This document shows positions 50,323-61,610 of a stretch of DNA of 64,000 nucleotides, one piece after another. This stretch comes from Podarcis melisellensis (lineage: Eukaryota). Location of the stretch: assembly GCA_964234715.1 (NCBI GenBank), contig OZ174277.1; one strand, given 5' to 3'. Positions within the stretch are counted from its first letter, which is position 1; every line of letters begins with the position of its first letter. Both the position numbers and the translations under genes were made by a program. The notes beneath the pieces were generated by a model that was not told the origin of the DNA, did no database searches, and saw only the letters and a list, made by a program, of their open reading frames with translations.

Positions 50323-50764
50323 CAGTGGTGCTTCTAGTTAAATACTTAATTCGTTCCGGAGGTCTGTTCTTAACCTGAAACACCACTTTAGCTAATGGGG
50401 CCTCCAGCTGTTGCTGCGCGATTTCTGTTCTCATCCTGAAGCAAAGTTCTTAACCCAAGGTACTACAGTGGTACCTCGGGTTAAGAACTTAATTCGTTCC
50501 AGAGGTCCGTTCTTAACCTGAAACTGTTCTTAACCTGAAGCACCACTTTAGCTAATGGGGCCTCCTGCTGCTGCCGCGCCGCGGGAGCACAATTTCTGTT
50601 CTCATCCTGAAGCAAAGTTCTTAACCTGAAGCACTATTTCTAGGTTAGCGGAGTCTGTAACCTCAAGCATATGTAACCTGAAGCCTATGTAACCAGAGGT
50701 ACCACTGTATTTCTGGGTTAGCGGAGTCTGTAACCTGAAGTGTATGTAACCCAAGGTACCACTG
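50323..50764. mobile_element. Family A MITE with a second family A copy (50466-50707) nested inside
   Basis: Outer TIRs at 50323 and 50764; inner element flanked by TA at 50464-50465 and 50708-50709, after which the outer sequence resumes (tttctgggttagcgg). Confidence 0.88.
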
Positions 50765-51069
50765 TACATGTCTACTGAGAAGTAAGCACCACTGAGTTCC
50801 AGTAAGACTCCCAGGGAAGTGTGCTCTGCTACCTCAGTCACCAAGCTCGCTGGGTGGCCTTGAGACAGTCATTCTTTTTCAGCCTAACCCATCTCATCCG
50901 GATGCTAAACCATTTCCGTTGTCCTCAGCTGGTTAGAGAAAGGCAATGATTTTCGAAATGTCATAAACTGTAATAAAACACCTCTTATTTGGATAGTCAA
51001 GGGCAACTTGACTGGCTCGTCTGCCACCTATGTAGCCACATATAAAATGCAAAAAGAAACAAAATAAAA

Positions 51070-52130
51070 ACCTTGCGAGGGCCACATTAACTCTGAAGGA
51101 CACACGTCTGGCCGTGGGAACTCCTAATTCTTGACGTGGAGCGCAGGAATGAGCATTAGGAATTAATCCTGAAGCAGGAGGTGTTTTCCCTCGTGTGAGC
51201 CCGCCTAATTCAGAGGGTAGCGTCGAAAGACCATCGCTAGCTAGCTAGCAGCCCGCCACTCAACTCGCAATGCACGCGGCACTGACGTCCGAGAGCGGCT
51301 TTAAGTAGAGGGCGGGCCTGGTCATCGCGGGCCTGGCTCTGATTGGCCACTTGACGCTTCAGCGATCGGACAGTTTAGCTGACGTAACCCAGCTAAAGCG
51401 CGAACAAACAACAACACGCCAAGGCCGGACGGGGGCAGTACGTCACGCGCCCCTCCCACCTGCCGCTTCACTCCAGCCTGACACACGCGTGCGCGTACCG
51501 GGTCTGGGTGAGGGAGGGGAGAGAGAAAAAATATACAGCGTAGCGCATGCGCGAAAAGCTGCCTACGAGGAGGGCGGGGCAGCGGCAGCACTGGTAGGCC
51601 CAAACCAACAACATGGTGACCCGGGGGCGCTACAGACGCCTCGTCTGAGGGGGGTGTCAAGGGGGCCGAGCCTCTCTCAACTACCTCAGGTCGCCATCGG
51701 CGCGCTCGCCATGGCCCGGCACAGGAACGTGCGTGGCTATAACTACGACGAAGGTAGAGAGTTGTTGTGTTAAGGGGGAGCTGCTCCTCCGCCTCCAGCT
51801 TCGCGGGAAGGCCCTCCCCGCCCCTCGCACGACAGACTAGCGCGGCTCGGCATGGGGGTGGCCGAAGGGAGGGGAGAGTCTCTCTCGGAGAGAGTGGCGG
51901 TGACGTCACTAGCACGCCCACGACCTGCCCGGCGACTGGGGGTCTCGAACGAGGCGCTGAGGGCGGTCGCGGCGGCGGAGGGAGCCGAGAGGCACGGCGG
52001 GAGGGGGGCAAAAGAGAAGGCATGGCTAAGCGTGGGGAGGCCGCTTGGTGCGAGGCGGGTCGGGTTTCATTGGAGAGGAGCTGGGGTCCTTCCATCCTGT
52101 TTTAACCCACGGCTCACCACACCTGTTGGC
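51070..52130 (+). promoter_or_regulatory. HBS1L: HBS1L CpG-island housekeeping promoter
   Basis: CpG-dense. GC box GGGCGG 51310-51315, inverted CCAAT (ATTGG) 51342-51346, several TGACG CRE half-sites, perfect NRF1 palindrome GCGCATGCGC 51543-51552, full CRE TGACGTCA 51901-51908. Confidence 0.85.
51711..51753 (+). CDS. HBS1L: HBS1-like protein, coding exon 1 (43 nt)
   Basis: gccATGGCCCGGCACAGGAACGTGCGTGGCTATAACTACGACGAAG|gtaga = MARHRNVRGYNYDE(D), the HBS1L N-terminus; phase-1 donor. Confidence 0.97.
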
Positions 52131-52812
52131 CTACCTGGTGGGGGCCTGAAACCTATGGCCCTCACTGTTGACAGAGGCGCAACCATTTTGAAAGGGACGC
52201 TGCTGCAGTGTGTGTGGTAGTGGGGATGGCTGATGAGGGTGAACGTGGTTCAAGAACTGACAAGAAGTAAGGACCCTTCGTGGTTCGATATGGTGGACCT
52301 CTGGAGTACTGCAAGCCAAGGATAGGGAATCTGCAGCCCCTCCAATTTCTGCTGAGCACCAGCTCCAAGCATCCCCAGGCAGCATAGGCTGTGGTAACAG
52401 ATGGTAGGAGCTGCTGCCTTACAACATCTGGAAGGCCACAGGTTCCACTTCCTCAGTATAAGGAACACACATGATGCATAAGCTGCCTGCTAGCAGGGGC
52501 GGTTGATTGGTCGCTGTTGGAAAATCCTGTCAGTTTCAGTGTAGAAAACACATAATCACAATGTATATAAACAATCTGATTTTACAACTGCTGCTGTAGA
52601 TGCATCCATGTATTGCACTGGTCCAAGTTTAGGCTCCTCAAAAAACTTCTGTTTAAATGTTCCCCAAAAACCTTTTCATTGTGCTTAATCCATTTTATGT
52701 GATTACACATAAGTACTGTACTTAAAACAAATGTGAGAATATACGTATTAGTGTAAAGTATGGTAGAGCTGCGCACCTATAATGAAAAAAACACTGTATA
52801 AAAACTGCAATA

Positions 52813-53168
52813 CAGTGGTGCCCCGCAAGACGAACGCCTTGCAAGACGAAAAACCCGCTAGACGAAAGGGTTTTCCGTTTTGGAGGCGCTTCACAAAACG
52901 AATTCCCCTATGGGGTTGCTTCGCAAGACGAAAAAAGTCTTGCATCCCCCCGCGGGTTTTTTTCGCTTTTTTCGCCCTTTTCTTAAGCCGCTAAGCCGCT
53001 TATCAGCTGTTCCGCTGATAAGCCGCTTAACAGCTGATCGCTGGAAGCCGCTTGACAGCTGTAGCGCTAATCTGCTAAGCTGTCAATGGGCTTGCTTAGC
53101 AAGACGAAAAAACCGCTATATGAAGAGCCTCACGGAACGGATTAATTTCGTCTTGCGAGGCACCACTG
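52813..53168. mobile_element. Tc1/mariner-type MITE, family B, in HBS1L intron 1
   Basis: TIR CAGTGGTGCC(C/T)CGCAAGACGAA, TA TSD; reverse-complement twin of 24069-24408. Confidence 0.9.
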
Positions 53169-53959
53169 TAATATCAACAAGATAAAATCTGGCACATGCT
53201 ATGTGCCATACATTTATGACATACTATATTTTCATATGAGGTCAGAATAGGCATTTCAGTATATATAACTGAATTATAAGGGATTTTATTTGTAATCTAT
53301 GTATTGCAGAACCTTTTGACTACTACCCTTCTTGAATAGATATGGTTAGGGTTGTGCTGTAAATGATTAAATTTTATTTAGAAATATCTATCTTTAATAA
53401 TTTAAGATCAGATGGGCAAATCCAACATGATTCCCCTATAGTATAATAATATTCTATATCCTACCTGCACACTCTATTTTTAACATTACTCTGGATTAAT
53501 TATTGCCCTTTTGTTGTCATATGCCTTCATGTTACGTATCTTTCACATGTTTCCTTTTCAATTAGTCTAGAGAAGAATATTTTTAAAGCTTTGACTTGAA
53601 AAATTTAGGAATTTGATTTCCCTGTATTTCATCTTTGAGGCCTAAAATCATAATTACATTATTTGGAAATAAAACCCTCCTAATCTCAAAAGTCTGACAT
53701 TTCTGCACACCTCTATCATTATCACTGTTCAAGGACACATTCTAGCCAGGCAAAAGTGCTCAAGAATGACACAGAGCATGGTCAATGAGGATATGGTTTC
53801 AGGAGAGAACATGGTCTGCAGAAAGTTCTGAGGGCCGGGTAGAATGACCTGGAAGGTGATGCACCTGAGCTATAATGTAGCTTAATGTTTATTATTAGAA
53901 TGTGTATAAGAAAACTTTTTAAATTCAGTTGTAAGGAAATTGTCTTTCTTGCTTCTTAG

Positions 53960-54025
53960 ACTTTGAAGAAGATGATCTTTATGGACAGTCTGTAGAGGAT
54001 GATTTTTGCATTTCACCTTCAACAG
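53960..54025 (+). CDS. HBS1L: HBS1L coding exon 2 (66 nt)
   Basis: ttcttag|ACTTTGAAGAAGATGATCTTTATGGACAG...TCAACAG|gttagt = (D)[21 protein letters not shown]; phase 1-1. Confidence 0.96.
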
Positions 54026-54646
54026 GTTAGTTTAATATTTGGCCATTTATGTATGGTGTGGCATCTGACCTAGAGGGAATGTACTGGCCTACATCAAAAA
54101 TTGGGTATCGTTTAGCAAGGAAATGAATGAAAAAAAGGGAGAGTGGAGGCATAAGTTGCTAAAGTCACTTGTGTAAGATCATTTTTAGAGGCAAGCTTAG
54201 AATTCATCTCCAGTACAGTACAGTACTTCTACTTGAACAACACTTTGATTCCCAATGGGACAACTCCATACTCCTGCATTGCAGGAGGTTGTACTAGATG
54301 ATACGGTCCCTTACAACTCTACAATTCTATGATTAACTGAAATAATTTTATATTGCTGTGGCCATATAACTACGCTAAAAACAAATTGCCGTGAAAGATG
54401 GAAGTCCTCTAAAGCCAAACTAGTTGCTCACAACTTGTGTTGAGCATAATAGGAAACCGATTTGGCAAGAGTAAGATATACCATAGAAATCTGAAGCATT
54501 TCCAGAAAAGCATATTATGAATCGTTAGAATAACAAATATTTGCTTTGCTGTAAATGTTAAAAAATAGCCTGATTTATTAAATGGCACAAAAGTCTTAGG
54601 ATTTGGGAATTGAACAAAACTGTTGAACTCTTTGTTTATGTTATAG

Positions 54647-54778
54647 CTGCTCAATTCATTTACTCAAGACGCGATAATCCTACTGCATATGCCGAGACAT
54701 TAGAAGAAAAATATGATTATGAAGCAGAACATAGCAATGATTGTATTCCAAGTCACCAGCTAACAGGTGCTGAAAAAG
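54647..54778 (+). CDS. HBS1L: HBS1L coding exon 3 (132 nt)
   Basis: ttatag|CTGCTCAATTCATTTACTCAAGACGC...GAAAAAG|gtaatt = (A)AQFIYSRRDNPTAYAETLEEKYDYE...; phase 1-1. Confidence 0.95.
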
Positions 54779-56389
54779 GTAATTGTAAATATACATTACA
54801 TTGACTTAATAAACTGAAGTGATTGTGTTGCCACCAGAACATGTGCATGTGACAGTAATGTCATATTCTGAAGTTTGTATAATAGTTATTAGATTTAATG
54901 AGTGGAGGCTATTGGGTGGAGAGATGGACTGATGGAGACTTCAAATCACTCCCTTTACCTTCACTTACCCTCTCATCATCTGTTCTCCCTCCACCCTCAG
55001 TAAAGAGATGGATGTACAGAGATGGCTGTAATGAGGGCCTGAGGGCTACTGTTAGACCAGTCTCACTTGGGCTGGGAAGCATACTGGGGGATTTGGTGTT
55101 GCAAGCTCCTTCTGTAGTCAACACCATGAATACAGTTCCTCAGTTGCTCAGCTATTGACACTCAAGCTACTAATGCCTTTTTCAGAGTTTTGTTGGATAA
55201 CCTTACATTTCTTTCAGTTTTTTGGGATGTTCCTCTTCAGATCTGCTTACTCTTCACTGTACTTCTGTCATGTAGATTGGAGTAGGTGGACAGGCTTTTA
55301 GAAGGGTATTGAATTAAAATAAGCGATTCACAGTTCTTAGAGCTAAAGGCTTGTAATTAGCAGATTTTTATTAGCACTCCACTTCCAGTGCTTGCAGTTG
55401 TGGTTAACCATCTGCTAAATCCTGAGGCCTGAGAAGATGTGATTTACCTTAGAAGTTAATTACAGTATCTGTAAATGCTTAAAATGTACTGTTAAGTGAC
55501 GTATCAAATTATGTTGAATTATTTAATGCTGAATATATGCATTTTCCCCTTGGGAGTAAATGCTGTTTGTCTTCTTGATGATACCTATGCTGATAAATAT
55601 TCAGCCTGTTATGAAGTCCTAAAAGCTGACAACTTCATTATTCTGCTTAGGAAAATAGAATGTACTATGTCAGTGCTTCCCAACTTGTCTGTTGGACCTG
55701 CAAATGGGTTACAAAGCCTGTTCAAACCCAGAATAATTATAGTTGTGAGATTTTTCAGCAATGACTGCTGTGAGGATGAAATATAGTAATTATTTATCAA
55801 TAATGATCTGAGACTATGTTTGGCAAAATGCAAACTCAGCCCTCCCACTGATATCTTCAAAAATAATGTTATTCATGATAAAGTCAATTTAAAATAGTCA
55901 TACTTCATTGTATCTGACACTCTGTAGCAATACTTTTTAAAGAATTTTAAAATAACTTATTAAGAAATAGCCTACAGTCAGATGTTTGGTGTTCTTACAT
56001 TCTTATAAACAAATCTGTGAATAAATTTGTAAGTACTATAAACACTTCATCAAATTCCACATAAATAGGGGCATTAAGTTACTTTTTGCTTAGATCTCTT
56101 AAATAACTGTTATAAAATAGGCAGACACAGTTTAAATGTATGAAACTGACAACTGCCGAAGTCAAAAGGTCCAAAATTGATTTGACAATAAATTTGGACT
56201 TGTGGGTCACCATACCAAAAAGGTTGGGGACCACTCCTCTAAAAGGGTGGAGAATGGATATTTGTTCCTGGATAAAGATGGTTGTGATTTGGTTAAGAAA
56301 ACTTAGAGCACACTGCTTCAAAATTTGGAGCAACTGTGCATATTTATTTAAAGCCATTATATGAGAGTCCCTTGTTCTTTTTTTTTAAG

Positions 56390-56581
56390 CTAAGCTTGAT
56401 TTGTGCCTTGATCACATGAGAGAAGTGCTTGGAAAGTCTGTGCCTGAGAAAGTGATGGTGGAAGCAGTATTGAGCAGTAAATTTGATCTACAACAAGCTT
56501 TGGATTCTTTACTTGCCCAAGACAATAAGCAAAATAAGATCAAGAATGAGGATGCCGTAATTGCAGGGAAGGCAACAAAAG
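56390..56581 (+). CDS. HBS1L: HBS1L coding exon 4 (192 nt, HBS1 N-terminal helical domain)
   Basis: ttttaag|CTAAGCTTGAT...ACAAAAG|gtatgt = (A)KLDLCLDHMREVLGKSVPEKVMVEAVLSSKFDLQQALDSLLAQD...GKATK(G); phase 1-1. Confidence 0.96.
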
Positions 56582-57130
56582 GTATGTTTACGTTTAATTT
56601 TTGTGTGATTTACTATGTGGCTCTTTTGCATAAGGGGCAGCTCTATAGGAAGTTTTTTGCTTCTTTTTACTATTTCTGTTTGTTAATAACTTAAATGACT
56701 AAGCTACATATATAGAGGCATCCTGTGATGAATGCTTAACGTACTGTTAATCTGTAGTCTTCCAAGGATCTGTAAATATTATTAGCACTATATGTTGCAC
56801 TAAATAATTTGAACTAAAATTATATCATGTAATGGTTAATTTATAAATTTGATGCAGATTGTGTAATTAGAGAGATAGTATTGAAAAACGTGCATATTCT
56901 AGCTTAGTAGTGCTAAATTTCAACTGCAGAGTTGTCTATTTAGCATAGTAAATGGAATTCATGAGGCTGTGATTTACACATCTAATACAGTTTTGATAAT
57001 GTTTGTTAATTAAATGCCTTTCTGTGTTTTTTTCTATTTTGCTGTTGGCTTTCCTGCTTTGCCACAAATTGGAACTGTTTTTGCTTTGACCCTGTGTCTC
57101 TCTTGGAATTGTTGGCTCTTGTAAGGTAAG

Positions 57131-58623
57131 GCTTATTTTGCTCAGAAATATTTTCTAGCACTAACAACTTGACTAACTCCATTGAAAATACTTTAGATAC
57201 CACTAAGTCCTGCTGTAGTCTCAGCAACCCTGTGGTCAATTTTGAATCTTGTAACGCTTCAGCTCCAGGTGACAAAACAGTCTTCAGACCCAAATATGTC
57301 AAAACACCTTCAGTAAAAAAGAAAAAATCCGTTTGTAACTCCTCGGGAGCTCTTCCTATACCATTCAGTGACAATGATAAGTCACTTTATAAACCACTGA
57401 ACAAGCAGGTAACACTCCCACCAACTGACAGCACCAGCACAAGTTGGAAATCTTGCAATGAAAGTGATGCATGCTTTAGTTCAGAGGCTGAATTGCTGAA
57501 GGAAAATTCTTCAGAAAATGGGTCTTGGAACCCATCTGAATTTAAAGGAGTTGACTTGAAGGGCCTGGTCAGGCTTAACGAAACGGGTGATTCAGCAGAT
57601 GCCCAAGATAGTGCATTAATTTTTCTCCAGAAAAACTATGATAGCGAAAGCTGTTTGGATAATCCTCCTGGTTTTATAAATGCTTTTGGAAATTTGATGC
57701 TGGACAGCAAGAGAAGTTACCAGCTCAGTAAAAAGGCCGAACTATCTGGAAATGCCCCTTCATTTTCACACAGTAAGGGCAGCTTCCAAGGGCATATCAG
57801 CACCTCTTCAGAAGCGAATAGCTTAACATTTTCAGTGTCTCAAAGCCCATCACTGGCTGATCTCCTACAGGAACACCAAGGAAGTAATTCAAGCAAGCCT
57901 CAATCCTTATCTGATCTTTGCAACCCATCAGCAGGTTTCACAGACTTGGAATTAGGACTTTCACCATTGTCCCAACTAGCCAACCAACCTCAAATTTCAC
58001 CTGGAATGACAGAACTGTCAGGATCTCTATCTTCCTTAACATTCTCCAAGTCTTCTCCAGTAAAAGAGCTTGAGAGTTTATCACTTTCAGATTTAATTGC
58101 AAAATCAACTGCATTGGATAAGCCTCGAACAACAAGCAGCTGTTCTGAGCTTCGTATACCTAAAACAGTGCAACCTACAGTTGTGAATTCAGATATTGAT
58201 CTAAGTGTTCTTATTAGAAAATCAACATTATCTCCTCAACATGTACATGTACAATCAGGCACTTCACTTCCAGAAAAAGACGCTTTATTTTCAAAGCAAG
58301 GACGGCAAATGTTTGTAGCTAAAGGAAGGAAGAAGAACCAAAAGAAAATGAGGTCACATATTTTGGAAGGCACTTTTCCATGGGCAAAGGCCCTCTCTGC
58401 AACACCATCAGCCTTTGCTATAACTCTCTGTCTTCATTATCCCCCAAAGAGATGTAAGCGCCAAACAGTTAATCTTCACAAGGCTTTCTTATACAGTAGG
58501 CAAATGCAAGAAGTAAAAATTAATGAAACTGGACCCTTATTAGCAATAACACCTTTTGACTTCAAATCGCCATCTCCAGATGACATTGTAAAATTAGGCC
58601 AAAAGAAAGCCTTCACTAGATAA
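57131..58623 (+). CDS. HBS1L: HBS1L alternative terminal exon (5a) encoding the SKI7-like isoform HBS1LV3/HBS1L3 (exosome/SKI adaptor); whole isoform about 641 aa
   Basis: Long Ser-rich open frame ending ...WAKALSATPSAFAITLCLHYP...HKAFLYSRQMQEVK...ITPFDFKSPSPDDIVKLGQKKAFTR*, matching the HBS1LV3 C-terminus. In-frame acceptors at 57129-57130 (exon start 57131, gives KGLFCSE, like human KGVLFSS) or 57144-57145 (start 57146). The exact 5' boundary is uncertain. Confidence 0.93.
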
Positions 58624-61610
58624 CAACACAATGAACTAATGCAGTTTTGATTATTTTTACATTAAAAAAGATATTTTGAACAGGTTGACTTGGACAGCAA
58701 AGTGGAATGGATGTCTTAAATGCAAAGACAATTCTCAGTTAATTTTGGTTAACAAACTTTTGTAGTAAAGTTTTTGAATAGATGCACTGAATTCCAGTCC
58801 TTTTTTATCCTTTTATTCTATAATTGATAGAGGTAGATCTTAATCTTTAGCGCCTCAACTTTGGAATAATGTGTTAAGGTGCTGAATCTTTTCTAAATAA
58901 TTAATATTGAAAAAATATTTTTAAGAAAGAATGTGCTAGCTCCTGCTAGAAATAACATATTTATTTATGGTTTCAGGATTACCTTTAACAAAAATTACAC
59001 TGGGGACCAAATTATTAAATACTTGCTGTGAATGAATTTCCATAAAGTTTTTAATCTCTAATGTGTTTAATACGGCACTGTTACTGTTTGTAGCTGCCTT
59101 GTGGCACATTAGAGCTTTGTTTGCTTTGTTTTTAATCTGTTCCTTTCTTTGAAAAATTGATTTGTCAGTGCATGTTTTTGAAATCCCCATGGCAAAAATA
59201 TTTAATTTACAAATGGCTTACCATCATGTTCAAACTTGGTGAGACCAGAAGTATACATTCAAGAGCACAGCTTGTGAATTTTTTTTTAATGGGTGGTTGT
59301 CAAATGCATTTTTTTTCTTTCACACAAATTATTTGGCATTACTGTACTTTCCTGTACTCTCTGGCTTTTTCGTCACTTCATATTAAATCAGGAGGTCATG
59401 TGTGTTAGCTGTCATATAGGTGCATAGCAGGGAACCACAGCCCAGTCTGTCTTCCTAATTCAAAGATATATTGTACAAATAAGCAGACATATGCCAGCCA
59501 TGTGCTCACTTTATAAAACTTACTAAGGTACAAGCAAAATATTTTACACGTACCTGTAAAAAGTGTAATGTGTGCAGCGGTCCTTTAAAAGATTCAGGCT
59601 GAAGCTTCCCAAAGTTTTTAATATAGAATGATCAGGATGTTCTCTGTCCAACTGAGGAATAACTTAATTATTAACCAAAACACCTACTTCTGCAATCTTT
59701 TTAGCTATATGTTGTAGAATACTATTCTTTTGAGCACCAGTATCTTAAATCTCATTCAAACGGTGATAAGATTATATTTTTTGTCTATTAGCTTTCTGTT
59801 TCTGCTGCTTTCCATACTTGTCTTTATTATTATTATCTTCATCAAGGATTATAGGCATTTGTCAAGTTAAGACTTTGTGTGTTTTTGATAGTATCAAGTG
59901 TTTTGAGCAGAGCATAATGCATTGCTGTATTTTCAGTGAGCACCCTATCTTAACTTTTGTATTTAATTTAACAGGCAGCTATTATTTAGGTCACTGGGTA
60001 AAATATATATTTCTTGGAGAGATGTTTTTACATGCTTTAAGAAACAAACAGCCATGTCAGTATGTAAAATAATTTTGATTTTTAACTTGAAAGTATATTT
60101 TTATTGTAAGGTACATTCCATTGCCTTTTGGTGCATTTTTTTTTATTGTTGTGATTTGACACTTATTGTTCAGCTGTCTCATTAAATACCACTATTTCCA
60201 AATGCTTACTGCATCAGATGACAAAAATAGTGTTTTTCCAGTATCTCTTGCTCAGTGGAATTCTTCCTCTGTCACTTTTGCTTAAAGTTTTCTCCCAGGC
60301 ATCCCATGTACCGTAATTGTATGGGATTCCATAGAAAATGAGGGGAAGAGGCTGTTGTGATGTAGGTACAGTAGACTAGTGTGGTAGATTGTGGCAGGTG
60401 TGGTTTAGGCAGCTTGACTGGAATAATTGTAGTGTAGTCCATCACTCATTTGACCACAACTTGAAGCCATGGACTACCTATTTAGACAGGTTCCGAAATG
60501 GTCATTAAGTAAATGTGTAAACACTGTATATTTAGATATAATAGTGTTATGATGCTGCAGGTTTTTTTAAAAAAAAGATGTAGATGTATATAACATAATG
60601 GTTGACCAAAGATGAACTTTACGTTGTTTTTAACTGTATTTTTGCTTCCTAGATTTTTTTGAAAGATTTTTTAGCTTTGAAAATATTTCTGATTGGTGCA
60701 TATTCTTCAGGTAACTTAGGACATGACCCATTCTCTTTTGGATATGGTTGCACCCATTGGAGGGGCTTGACATGGAGCTGAATAAATTTATCCTCTCCCT
60801 CCTGGCAGGCTGAAAGGCATGTGCAAATGTATTGTGCTGTGTTTGTTAGATAACAGTGCAAGGATGCTGCACGCCTCTCTCCTTTATAGTGATCCACCTG
60901 CCCCTTTTCCCATATCTTGAATCTACAAGTTCATTTGAGTTCAGAGGGGTGGTAACTTACAAGTACTGTGGAAATGAAGAACACATGGGTTGCTATATTG
61001 GTGGTGTGCATTGACCTCTTTTTTATGATATCAGCCAACATGCTGTACAATATGTGCAAACCCGAGCTGGAGGTGAGGCAGCAAATTTTAATCCTGATCT
61101 CTGCAAACATGCATCATGCCTTTACATTTTACTGATATTTTACTGCTCTGAAGCCAGCCTCTGTTTTTGCATGTGTATATATATGGTACATTTTTTATAA
61201 ATAGTGTATATTTCGAAACTGTAAAAAACTATTTGGATGTGTACTTTGGACATCTAAAATGTGCTAGTCAAAATATTCAGAGCATTGCGAAATCAGCATC
61301 TTAGGTTTTTTATGTATTCAAAAACAAATTTTAAAGTAAAATTGACCTGTAGCTTGTTTCATGAAAAATATAGATATATAAAATAAATTTAATTTGAGGA
61401 TCAATAATCAGTGCACACTGTATTCTGTGTCTTGCTGTGAGGGTTCAAATACTTACAGTACCTTGTGTTGGTGGCTTCTCCATTAATATTGTTTTTTTAA
61501 AAAAACAGAATTGTATATTTCCATTCCTAAAAACTCTATAAAAATAGTTTAAATTTGCACTCACATTTTGTGGAATTAATAAATAAAAATTATTCTTTCC
61601 CTTAGTGTGC
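58624..61610 (+). other. HBS1L: Probable long 3'UTR of the SKI7-like isoform, with proximal ATTAAA (58661-58666) and distal AATAAA signals (61382-61387; tandem 61578-61587)
   Basis: About 3 kb AU-rich stretch with no recognisable repeat. It ends at overlapping AATAAATAAA, followed by U/GU-rich sequence (~61590-61670). Confidence 0.5.

Noticed and set aside
51322-52220. 257-aa minus-strand ORF and other ORFs over the HBS1L promoter
   Set aside because: GC-rich CpG-island artefacts; only 51711-51753 matches HBS1L.
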